Below, piece by piece: positions 9,019-17,597 of a DNA stretch of 43,232 nucleotides; within the stretch, counting starts at the first letter, position 1, and each line of letters opens with the position of its first letter. Below the pieces are notes generated by a model. The model ran no database searches. It saw nothing but the letters and a program-made list of their open reading frames with translations, and was not told where the DNA came from. Both the position numbers and the translations under genes were made by a program. This stretch comes from Candidatus Thorarchaeota archaeon (GTDB lineage Archaea > Asgardarchaeota > Thorarchaeia > Thorarchaeales > Thorarchaeaceae): the NCBI GenBank assembly GCA_016840855.1, contig JAEORO010000143.1:1-43232 (forward strand), written 5' to 3'.

Positions 9019-11048
9019 GTTGGAGCACCTCCAGGTGTCTTTTCTGCTTGTTCTCGTTTTCTATGTGCGGAGATAAGACCAAGTATCTCTGCCTCTATTT
9101 GATCTGTCGTGAAGTGCCGTCGTGAGATGGCTCCTGTAGGACACACGACCTGACACTTTCCACAACCTGTGCAAAGGATTGAACTGATTTCAGCCAGCTC
9201 TTTTTCGTCATCTGTAACAGCCATAGATATTGCAGTGAATGGACAGACTTTCTCGCAAAGACCACACCCAATACAGAGTGAATCATCAACGACAGCTTTG
9301 TCCATCTGCACACGAACTTTACCCTTGAGAACATGTGATGCAGCTGCACTTGCCGCGGCTTTCCCGTCAGCAACACTGGCAGGAATATCCTTTGGGCTCT
9401 GACAAGCACCAGCGATGAACACGCCCCTTGATTTGGTGTTCACTGGCTCGAGTTTTGGATGAAGCTCCTTCATGAAGCCGCCTTCACTTCGATCGACGCC
9501 AATCATATGTGCCAAGTGGGCTGCACCTGGTGATGGATCAATAGCCATGGTCAAAACGACCATATCAAAGTTCAAACGCAAAAGGTTGCCAGTCCCCTGA
9601 TCAAAAACGGTGAAGCTGATACTGCCATCTTTTTCTTCTACCATATCGCTCGGAAAGCCTCTCACAAATTTCACGCCGCTCTCTCTCACTCGTCTATAGA
9701 ACTGCTCGTACTCCTTTCCGCCTGCCCTAAGCTCATGGTAGATTATCCATTGTTCGATATCATCAGGATATAATCTATGAGTCATCTCAGCATGTCTGAG
9801 AGTATACATGCACCCGAAATTGCAACACCAAGGGCGGCAGGTTTCATCTCTGGAACCAGCACAGTTGATGTAAGCTATACGTTTAGGCGTTTCTTCGAAT
9901 TTTGGAGGTAGGAGTATCTTACCCTCAGTTGGTCCAACTAGACTCAATAGACGACCATATTGACCTGCAGTCAACACGTGGGTGAATTTTCCCCCACCAT
10001 ATTCAGGTAGTTCCGTGAGGTCCATCTCTTTGAATCCTGTTGCTGCAACGATTGCACCAACAGTGAGTTCAATCTCTTCTTCTTCAACATCATATGAGAT
10101 GGCGTCACTGGGACACTTCTCAGCGCAGATTGTACACCCATCAGTCCAGTGAGTACATGATTCTCTATCTAGGAAAAACACACCAGGAACAGCTTGTGGA
10201 AAGGGTTTGTATATTGCCTTTCTCTTATCAAGTCCAAGATTCCACTCGTCAGGACCGGTAGCAGGACAGTTTCGCTCACAGGCACCACAGTTGATACATT
10301 TCTCTAAGTCCACATATCGAGGTTTCTTCTTGATGCGTACCCTAAAGTTACCATAGTCACGCTCAACTTCAACAACCTCTGAAAAGCTAAGTAGTTCAAT
10401 GTTCTTGTGACGATCAACTGCTGACAGTTTAGGAGAGAGAATACACATCGAACAGTCAAGTGTAGGGAAAGTCTTTTCCAGACGGGCCATATAACCTCCG
10501 ATTGACGTGTATTTCTCTACGAGGTGTACTTTGATGTCCTTATCAGCAAGGTCAAGCGCAGACTGTATTCCAGCTATACCAGCACCTATCACGAGAACAC
10601 TCTTTTCCACCGGATATTCCTCGAATCCAATGTCCTCGAGTTTCTTTGCCCGTTCAATTGCAGCCACAACGAGGTCGTAGGCAACCTTGTATGCTTCCTC
10701 CGGATTGTCACCATGAATCCATGTGTCATGCTCTCGAAGGTTTGCCTGGGCTAAACGGAATGGATTAAGGCCATTTTCCTCAAGAATTTCTCTGAATAAC
10801 TGCTCATGGAGCTTTGGTGTGCAAGCGCCAATAACAACACCTGTTAGATTGTGCTCTTTGATCTGTTTTGCTATTGTGTCCTGTCCATCTTTTGAGCAGG
10901 TGAACATATTGGATGTAGTAAAAACGACACCAGGATAGTCCTTAAACTCACGGGCAAGCTTCCTGACATTGATTATACCACCAATGTTGGTTCCGCAGCT
11001 ACAGATGAAGACTCCAATGCGATCTTCTGTATCCTTCTTTTTTGTCAT
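9015..11048 (-). CDS. hdrA: Heterodisulfide reductase subunit A (full-length architecture)
   Basis: RIGVFICSCGTNI, GACTP, GAGIAG, KTFPTLDCSMCILSP, inserted ferredoxin, CAGSRD, HPKLEPV, AGACQSPKDI, C-terminal 2x[4Fe-4S]. Confidence 0.96.
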   Translation of the reverse strand: MTKKKDTEDRIGVFICSCGTNIGGIINVRKLAREFKDYPGVVFTTSNMFTCSKDGQDTIAKQIKEHNLTGVVIGACTPKLHEQLFREILEENGLNPFRLAQANLREHDTWIHGDNPEEAYKVAYDLVVAAIERAKKLEDIGFEEYPVEKSVLVIGAGIAGIQSALDLADKDIKVHLVEKYTSIGGYMARLEKTFPTLDCSMCILSPKLSAVDRHKNIELLSFSEVVEVERDYGNFRVRIKKKPRYVDLEKCINCGACERNCPATGPDEWNLGLDKRKAIYKPFPQAVPGVFFLDRESCTHWTDGCTICAEKCPSDAISYDVEEEEIELTVGAIVAATGFKEMDLTELPEYGGGKFTHVLTAGQYGRLLSLVGPTEGKILLPPKFEETPKRIAYINCAGSRDETCRPWCCNFGCMYTLRHAEMTHRLYPDDIEQWIIYHELRAGGKEYEQFYRRVRESGVKFVRGFPSDMVEEKDGSISFTVFDQGTGNLLRLNFDMVVLTMAIDPSPGAAHLAHMIGVDRSEGGFMKELHPKLEPVNTKSRGVFIAGACQSPKDIPASVADGKAAASAAASHVLKGKVRVQMDKAVVDDSLCIGCGLCEKVCPFTAISMAVTDDEKELAEISSILCTGCGKCQVVCPTGAISRRHFTTDQIEAEILGLISAHRKREQAEKTPGGAPT

Positions 11049-11962
11049 TTGGATTGCACCTCCATTTTCCCCCTCACAGGGCTAGGTCCTAGATTCTTGA
11101 TTTTCTCAACAAACTCTGTCACAATTTCAGCGAACTTGATACCCATGGCTGCTGAGGCAAAGTCAATGTATAGCCTACCGCCTAAGCCAATCTCCTCGAA
11201 CATATTCTGCCAGAATTTGACAAAATCAGCCTGCATGAAGTTCCCAGCCAATGGGTCATCGCCACCGTAGTGACACTCAGAGAGAAGACAGCCAGTCACC
11301 AACACACCATCCACTCCGTTCTCTAGTGCTGTCATTATCTGAATAGGTTCTACTGCACCACTGCAGGGCACACGTATTGTGCGAATATTAGTGGGATAGT
11401 GTAAATGCATCAACCCAGCGAGGTCAGCTGCTGCATGAGAGCACTCCCAGCAAACAAAACAGATGATGAATGGTTCCCAGTCAGCAATCTCTATGGCGGG
11501 TGGTGGTTCCACTTCCCCAACAACACTCACTAAATCATATGTCTTCTCTAAAGTGAGGCAATCCTCTTTACAAGCTTCAACACACTTGTTACAGGCTATG
11601 CACTTCCGAGCAGACCAAGAAATAGAGCCATATCCAGGTAGTCCTGTGGGGACTGATATAGTCTGTACTTCACCATCTTGTTTTAATGCCTGCAACAGTG
11701 ATATCAAAGACTCACGGTTTTTTGACCTAAACCCTTCGTCTGGTAGTATTGCATTGAGATAGTCTGGCAAGCGTACGGTTCCTTCTAGCTCGAGAGCTTC
11801 AACCTCGCACGCCTCAATACATTTCTTACAAGCACTGCAGGATGGCGGCCTATAGGCGATGCTCCCAAAGCCCTCAACTTTATCAGGAACCTCTAAGATT
11901 CGAGTGGGAGCCTTCACTGCAATGTTACGTATCTTCTGAATGAGCCGTTCTCGTTTATCCAT
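11045..11962 (-). CDS. mvhD: Ferredoxin-MvhD fusion (N-terminal 4Fe-4S motifs + MvhD/FlpD [2Fe-2S] domain)
   Basis: CSACKKCIEAC and CIACNKCVEAC, then FVCWECSHAAADLAG...YP..IR.IRVPCSG...DGVLVTGC..SECHY...LGPSP. Start ATG 11962. Confidence 0.92.
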   Translation of the reverse strand: MDKRERLIQKIRNIAVKAPTRILEVPDKVEGFGSIAYRPPSCSACKKCIEACEVEALELEGTVRLPDYLNAILPDEGFRSKNRESLISLLQALKQDGEVQTISVPTGLPGYGSISWSARKCIACNKCVEACKEDCLTLEKTYDLVSVVGEVEPPPAIEIADWEPFIICFVCWECSHAAADLAGLMHLHYPTNIRTIRVPCSGAVEPIQIMTALENGVDGVLVTGCLLSECHYGGDDPLAGNFMQADFVKFWQNMFEEIGLGGRLYIDFASAAMGIKFAEIVTEFVEKIKNLGPSPVRGKMEVQSK

Positions 11963-13919
11963 GTAGCCCCACCTCCTTCCGCATCTTTTCAGGCGTCGCT
12001 GCAATCATATACGTGACTTGTACTCTCTCTGGATCCTGTCTAATTTCGCGCAACATATCTCTGGTGAGTTGGACTATGAGTTCTGAGTGATGGTCACCAG
12101 TCTGGTGATGACATCCCCCGGGCGGACAGTGCGCAATAATAATTCTCTCTGCACCGACGACTAGACCTTTCAAAATCTCAATCGGGGAAACCATCCCTGC
12201 ACAGGGAAACTGTACCACATATGTCCCTGTGGGATAGCTCTTACTACTGAAACCAGCTTGATCTATTGAAGCATTAGCACACTCACTACAAGCGTAGACT
12301 AGTGTGAATGGTTTATTCCTCTCAAGGCGTTTGTGAGTCTTTGCTATTGTTTCGAGTCTGGCGAACCAACTCTCCTTGCCATGCGATTGAAACTCTATTG
12401 CTCTAGTTGGACATGATGACACGCAAATACCGCAAAACTCACAGTGGACTGGTATGTGTATCACCCTATCATCAAAAAGGCGTAATGCATCATTTGGACA
12501 AGCAGTGATGCATGCTTTGCATACATCGCATTCTTCATCATCAATGACCGGCATCCAACCAGCTCGCTTCAAAGGTGCTTTGATGATTTTATAGGCTTCA
12601 AGTACTGCATTCTGGGCTGAGCTAAGAGCATGGGGAAGGTCCATTGCCATCTTTGCACCACCAGCGATGAAGATTCCTCTTCGTGAGGTCTGTACAGGTT
12701 TCATCTTACTGTACCTAGTCTTGATGAAGCCTCTACTATCACACTCTACACCCAAAGTAGTTGCTAATCGGGCTGTATAATCCACTGGACCAATCAACTG
12801 ATTGACTGCAATAATATCTACAGTGACCTCTCGCATGATTGACTCGAGCTTGTTTTCAATTTGACAAGTCAGTCCATCTTTGTTCTCCTTGACCTGTTTC
12901 AAAGTGCCTCGTACAAAGATTACTCCTGCCGCTCGGGCTCGTCGATATAGGTTCTCATCATCTGTTCGGATGTTTGAGTGCAAACAGAAGACAGTGTTGC
13001 CTTGAGTGGCTAGTACTTCGCTCATTCTTAGAAGATGACTTCCCTCGGCTGAAGAAAATTCAACATCAGGATCGGTTACAATCAAGATGTCTGACGACTT
13101 CTTTGCCCCTTTTTTCTTAGAGTCAGTAACCAAGCTTTGAAGAGTCAAGACTCTGTCTGATTTTCCGAAACGACACTTCTTTGCGATGCCTGGAAGGTAT
13201 TGTTGTGTTCCTGTTGCGACTATGATTGCTCCATAGTCTTGTGTTGTAAATTTGTTCTCAGGGTCCTTCCAAGTAACTTCGTATGAACCCATTTGCCCAC
13301 TAATCTCGTTTATGAATCCTTGAACTCGCTCTACCCCCGAGAGTTCTTTACGAAGACCAGCAAGTGTTTGACTAAGTGTTTTGTTGTCACTCATGAAGAA
13401 GTGGGCATTGTGGTACTTTTCATCACTCTGACCTAGAGGCTCTACAAGGGTAACATCGACTCCTAGTTTCTTAAGGTCGACAGCAGCCTGCAGCCCAGCA
13501 ATTCCGCCTCCAATAATGAGAACTCTTTCAGTCATATTCTCGTTGAACTCAGTTGCTGATTCCATATAGTCCAAGTGTACAGATGCATCAGCCAACAGAA
13601 CTATCGCCTTGCTAGTAGCAGACTTATTATCCTCCGGATGGACCCAAGCGATATGTTCTCTGAGGGGGACAAAAGAAACTAGATTGAGCATCAGTTTCTG
13701 TTTCACTGGGATGCCAATGATTTGTGAACTGCACGCCCCAATTGTTACTTGGTCATCATCTGACACACTCTGCCTAAGTTTAGAAAGACCATCATCAAGA
13801 CAAAGGTAGTCTAAAGTTTCAATGGTATCGAATGTTTTTGCGAGTTCATTTTCAATCTTAGAGAAGTCCAAAGTCTTGTTGAGAGTGTTATTGCAGGTGC
13901 AGAGAAACAGTTTCTTCAT
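11955..13919 (-). CDS. Degenerate HdrA-like flavoprotein fused to ferredoxin and MvhD (QmoB-like architecture)
   Basis: LFLCTC N-domain, GACS, REHIAWVH, GGGIAG; lacks the inserted ferredoxin and the CxGSRD cluster. C-terminal CDVCKACITACP/CEFCGICVSSCP and MvhD-like YACSEC...FPCAG...HCPPGGCHH. Confidence 0.88.
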   Translation of the reverse strand: MKKLFLCTCNNTLNKTLDFSKIENELAKTFDTIETLDYLCLDDGLSKLRQSVSDDDQVTIGACSSQIIGIPVKQKLMLNLVSFVPLREHIAWVHPEDNKSATSKAIVLLADASVHLDYMESATEFNENMTERVLIIGGGIAGLQAAVDLKKLGVDVTLVEPLGQSDEKYHNAHFFMSDNKTLSQTLAGLRKELSGVERVQGFINEISGQMGSYEVTWKDPENKFTTQDYGAIIVATGTQQYLPGIAKKCRFGKSDRVLTLQSLVTDSKKKGAKKSSDILIVTDPDVEFSSAEGSHLLRMSEVLATQGNTVFCLHSNIRTDDENLYRRARAAGVIFVRGTLKQVKENKDGLTCQIENKLESIMREVTVDIIAVNQLIGPVDYTARLATTLGVECDSRGFIKTRYSKMKPVQTSRRGIFIAGGAKMAMDLPHALSSAQNAVLEAYKIIKAPLKRAGWMPVIDDEECDVCKACITACPNDALRLFDDRVIHIPVHCEFCGICVSSCPTRAIEFQSHGKESWFARLETIAKTHKRLERNKPFTLVYACSECANASIDQAGFSSKSYPTGTYVVQFPCAGMVSPIEILKGLVVGAERIIIAHCPPGGCHHQTGDHHSELIVQLTRDMLREIRQDPERVQVTYMIAATPEKMRKEVGLHG

Positions 13920-15188
13920 TTAGGCACCTCCCTCCAAGTCTAAATAAACCTGCAATGCCACAGAGTTTGCCTCAGCAAAACTAGTCGGGATATCAGTAGG
14001 TCCAGTGGATGTGCCACAGGCATAGATTCTTTTTGAAGAGCCTTGGTGAGAAACGAACCCATTTTTATCGAGGACATCTCCAAATTCATTCATATCAGAG
14101 GCAAGGGCAACGAGGGGTGAAGCTAATACGACCAAGTCAGATTTTAGCTCTAGTCGCTTTTTGGATTCAGTGTCTTCCACGAGGGTCACCGGGGATTCTC
14201 CTCGGACCACGACTTGGTCAGGTTTTCCTCGCACGAACCGAACACCAAGATCTCTTGCGAGAGTGATATAGTGCTGACTGTGTGAGGGAACTCGTAGGTC
14301 CATGTAGCATAGAGTCACATCTATACCGGAATTTCTCAGCATTATTGCATGTTTGAGACTATATGTACAGCAGGCTTGGGAGCAGTACTCGACTGCACTC
14401 AAATCCCTACTCCCAGCGCAAAGTATCATTGTAACAGAGTTTACAGAACTTCCCGATGCTGTAAGAACTACGCCATTAGTAGGACCAGTGGAATCCAGAA
14501 GCCGAGCGAGCTCTCTTTGCGTTAATACATCTTGACATTTACCATATTCGTACCCTGGCAAGTCAACTGGATTTCTTTCTTCAACACCAGTTGCAATGAC
14601 CACTGCATCAGCAGTCACAGTGCGGCTTGTTGATTTCTGTTCGAGATTGATAGCACCTACTCCGCAGACCTCGACACATTTACCACATTTCGTGCAAGAT
14701 TCCATATCAATAACTGGGATAAGAGGAACAGCCTGCGGAACTGTTCTATAGATTGCTTTTCGCGTCTTTCTTTTGAGGTTCAGCTCATCCAGAGCCTCGA
14801 CATCACATACATTGATACATTCAAGACACACAACGCAGCGGTCAGGTGAAACATATCTTGGTTGAGATCGTAGTGACACCGAAAACTTGCTTTCATTCAT
14901 CTTGATAGATTTGACCTCAGTCTGAGTATGAAGGACCAGTCGTTTCTGTGTCCCAAGTAAGGTTCTATATTGACAACGGCGATGTTTGCCATCGTATAAC
15001 TCCTGACACACATCAAGACAAAGAGCACAGTCATCGGTAGGGAAGACTTTTCCAAGGTGAGTCGATAGCCCTCCAACCGTCACTTCTTTTTCAATAAGAT
15101 GAACATTCATCCCAAGATCTGAGAGCTGTTGCGCAACTTGTATGCCAGCAAGCCCAGCACCAATCACTACAACGGTTTTTGTCATCAT
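13920..15188 (-). CDS. Short HdrA-like flavoprotein lacking the N-terminal and C-terminal ferredoxin domains (QmoA-like size)
   Basis: Starts directly at VVVIGAGLAG; KVFPTDDCALC, inserted ferredoxin (CVVCLECINVC, CTKCGKCVEVC), CAGSRD...YCSQACCTYSLKHA, ACGTSTGPTDI; 422 aa. Confidence 0.9.
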   Translation of the reverse strand: MMTKTVVVIGAGLAGIQVAQQLSDLGMNVHLIEKEVTVGGLSTHLGKVFPTDDCALCLDVCQELYDGKHRRCQYRTLLGTQKRLVLHTQTEVKSIKMNESKFSVSLRSQPRYVSPDRCVVCLECINVCDVEALDELNLKRKTRKAIYRTVPQAVPLIPVIDMESCTKCGKCVEVCGVGAINLEQKSTSRTVTADAVVIATGVEERNPVDLPGYEYGKCQDVLTQRELARLLDSTGPTNGVVLTASGSSVNSVTMILCAGSRDLSAVEYCSQACCTYSLKHAIMLRNSGIDVTLCYMDLRVPSHSQHYITLARDLGVRFVRGKPDQVVVRGESPVTLVEDTESKKRLELKSDLVVLASPLVALASDMNEFGDVLDKNGFVSHQGSSKRIYACGTSTGPTDIPTSFAEANSVALQVYLDLEGGA

Positions 15189-16087
15189 TCACCAACTCCT
15201 ATCTTCTCCAGCAAAGGTTCAATTTTCACTCGATGATACCTTCTCGCATTGCTGACAACAAGATCTGTCTGGCCCATTGCGAGAGCGAGCATTTCTCCCA
15301 AGTATAGAACAGGCATGCTAAATTCTGGGTCTAGATGTTCGACAGCTTTTCTCTGCTGTGTTTCAAGTTGTGTGTAGCAAGTGGGACAAATCAGAACAAT
15401 GGCATCTGCGCCAGCTTCACGTATTTTCTGAAGTTTCTGGGCAGTGAGCTTGAATGATTTTGATTCATCAGAGGGGCCAATAGGAGCACCACAACAAGCC
15501 ATCTTATCTCTGTATTCAACTGGCTTAGCACCAACTAATTTGACTAAATCTTCCATCCATCGTGGATTCTCTGCGTCATCCATATGTGTTGCTTCAATTG
15601 GTCTGACAAGGTGACATCCGTAGTGGGAAGCTAAAGAAAGACCATTGAGAGGATGAGTTATTTTTTTCGCGATTAGATCCAGGCCTACATCCTCATGTAG
15701 TACATGAAGTATGTTCTTTACAGTGACTTCTCCGGTTGCCTCCATTCCAGCTTTCTTAAGTCTCTTGTTGACTCTATCTCGTAAGTTTGAATCTGTTTTG
15801 AGGGTGTGCTTTACAACAGATAATGTGTGAAAGCAGCCACTGCATAAAGCGACTGTGTCACGACGACTAGACTCGCTTACTGCAATATTCCTGGCACCTA
15901 TCGTGAACCACGCTTCAATATCCACACCAGGGAACGTAGTAGGTTCAGGACAACATGTGTGTCCCTCATCCGTGATTAGTTCCACATTCAGATTCTTCAA
16001 GACCTCTCTCATGGTGAGTTCAAAATGGGGAAGTCTGAATGGGATTGTACATCCTGGGAAATAGGTGTATTCTATAGACTTACTCAC
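15185..16087 (-). CDS. hdrB: Heterodisulfide reductase subunit B (copy 2)
   Basis: YFPGC...CCP...CSGC and HYGCHLVRP...CCG...CPTC. Likely start GTG 16087 after GGGGTG. Confidence 0.93.
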   Translation of the reverse strand: MSKSIEYTYFPGCTIPFRLPHFELTMREVLKNLNVELITDEGHTCCPEPTTFPGVDIEAWFTIGARNIAVSESSRRDTVALCSGCFHTLSVVKHTLKTDSNLRDRVNKRLKKAGMEATGEVTVKNILHVLHEDVGLDLIAKKITHPLNGLSLASHYGCHLVRPIEATHMDDAENPRWMEDLVKLVGAKPVEYRDKMACCGAPIGPSDESKSFKLTAQKLQKIREAGADAIVLICPTCYTQLETQQRKAVEHLDPEFSMPVLYLGEMLALAMGQTDLVVSNARRYHRVKIEPLLEKIGVGE

Positions 16088-16607
16088 TTTCAGCACCCCC
16101 ATAGCTAGATTCAGCAGATTCAACCCGCTCAATTGTTCCTAGTTCTTTGAGGATTTTACCAAGCTGTTCAATTGGCGGTGTTCCTAGACTTGGTAGCCCC
16201 ATTTTTTCACGCGTCTTAAGCATTGGTTCGCTGACCAAAATTGTGCGTCCTTCTGAAAGAATGGCTCGTGCTCTATCAAGAGCAGTCTGAGGCGTATTTC
16301 CAGAAAGCAACCCTCTCACTTTAGCAAGCACTAGGATTTCAGGTATCTTCACATGCTCAGGGCATCTGACTTCACACTGTTCGCAAGTAAGGCAAGTCCA
16401 GATTAGTTGCTCCTGTGCTAATGATTCATCTGCTAGAATTAGTTTCTCTAGAAAGAGTCGTGGGTTGAATGACTCGTCTATCGATGCTACAGGACAAGCA
16501 GCTGTGCATCTTCCACATTGGTAGCATCTCAATAGGGTCATACCCTCTGGCTGCAGAAGAATCCACCTACGGAATTCAAGGTCCGATGATATTTCATGAG
16601 CTGTCAT
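16080..16607 (-). CDS. hdrC: Heterodisulfide reductase subunit C (copy 2)
   Basis: CYQCGRCTAACP, FNPR, IWTCLTCEQCEVRCP. Likely start ATG 16607; first gene of the operon. Confidence 0.93.
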   Translation of the reverse strand: MTAHEISSDLEFRRWILLQPEGMTLLRCYQCGRCTAACPVASIDESFNPRLFLEKLILADESLAQEQLIWTCLTCEQCEVRCPEHVKIPEILVLAKVRGLLSGNTPQTALDRARAILSEGRTILVSEPMLKTREKMGLPSLGTPPIEQLGKILKELGTIERVESAESSYGGAESE

Positions 16608-16854
16608 AATAGTCAAACCATGTAAACTGGATGTAAATTCTCGAGTTAAGCGTCCCAAAAAGAATGTCGATTTGTTTCAGATTTTTGTTATAATTCGATT
16701 TATGCCATATAGGAAAGAACCTTGAGATTGGATGTAATTTTAAGAGACACATTTCATCACTCGATGACGAATCATATCACCTACGTAATCCTTTTATTAG
16801 TGCGCTAGCGCTAACCGTGGTAGTTCCTTTAACAAATAGAGGAGAGTAATCACG

Positions 16855-17172
16855 ATCGGAAAAGAAAAGGCAATTGGTGCCCTTATCTTCATATTCGCCC
16901 TGCTGGTGCTAATCTACTACACTTGGGGGCTAGTTATCCTTCAATTATTCCCAGACCTCTCAACCTGGGTTGTTGACACATTTGGTGCTTTGGCACCTCT
17001 ATTCAATCCAAGTCCAGATTTCCTGGTTCAACTACCGATATACCTGGGCGTGGTTCTAATCATGGTCATTGCTATGTGGATTGGTTGGACAATGCTGACC
17101 ACTCCTGCTCCAGAGCCACTTGAGGACTTCGACTTCGATGAGGAAGAAGTTGCAGAGAAGGCTGAAGAGTAA
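16855..17172 (+). CDS. Small two-TM membrane protein, DPM2/PIG-P-like; apparent non-canonical ATC start
   Basis: Frame is open from TAG at 16837 with SD GAGGAG at 16839-16844: (I)GKEKAIGALIFIFALLVLIYYTWGLVIL...FNPSPDFLVQLPIYLGVVLIMVIAMWIGWTMLTTPAPEP + acidic tail. The track start at 16906 would cut the first TM helix. Confidence 0.8.
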   Translation: MGKEKAIGALIFIFALLVLIYYTWGLVILQLFPDLSTWVVDTFGALAPLFNPSPDFLVQLPIYLGVVLIMVIAMWIGWTMLTTPAPEPLEDFDFDEEEVAEKAEE

Positions 17173-17195
17173 TCCTTCAAGTACAGCTAGCGAAC

Positions 17196-17214
17196 AGGGC
17201 CGAAAGGCCCTTTC
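17196..17214 (+). terminator. GNRA-tetraloop hairpin downstream of the DPM2-like gene
   Basis: AGGGCC-GAAA-GGCCCT followed by TTC. Confidence 0.6.
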
Positions 17215-17244
17215 ATCTCATGTTGTTAGTAGATAATATCGTAG

Positions 17245-17597
17245 CTAACTGCTTTTACCTTCATCTGTCATTTTGAGGGCTTTATTAATTAAATCAACAA
17301 CAATTTCACAAAGCCGGTCTGCATCGTCCTAGGTCTTTCTTTCTGCGAAACTATGATAGAGTGGTTCAGTGTCCGATGGACAAATTAACATCCAACCTTC
17401 AGCATATATGTGGAACGTAAACCTGCAGTTTTTAGACGAGTAAACATCTCTCCACCCATTCTCGAGTCACGAGCCATAGCAACATTGTCAGAACCTAATA
17501 CAGACTCGATTACTCTTCCAAGATTCATGACAATGTCAACTGTAGACTCTTTGTTGATTAAACTGCGAATGCCATTAGTGTCAAATATGTTGGTCAG
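17245..17597 (-). pseudogene. Phosphomannomutase/phosphoglucomutase (alpha-D-phosphohexomutase) pseudogene with large internal deletion
   Basis: N-terminal motifs IFDTNGIR (consensus FGTxGxRG) and ARDSRMGGEMF are joined near 17410, in another frame, to the C-terminal motif EGWMLICPSDTEPLYHSFAE (consensus GWxLxRPSGTEPxxRxxAE), with an internal TAG. The catalytic SHNP and DGDAD domains are absent. Confidence 0.88.

Noticed and set aside
9015-15188. Selenocysteine recoding in HdrA/MvhD, which are selenoproteins in some methanogens and Asgard archaea
   Set aside because: All ORFs are uninterrupted, with Cys in the relevant motifs (DCSMC, DCALC, CWEC, PCSG); no in-frame TGA and no convincing SECIS seen.
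16802-16811. Perfect palindrome GCGCTAGCGC downstream of a TATA-like TTTTATTA
   Set aside because: Only 10 bp and no second copy noticed; could be chance.
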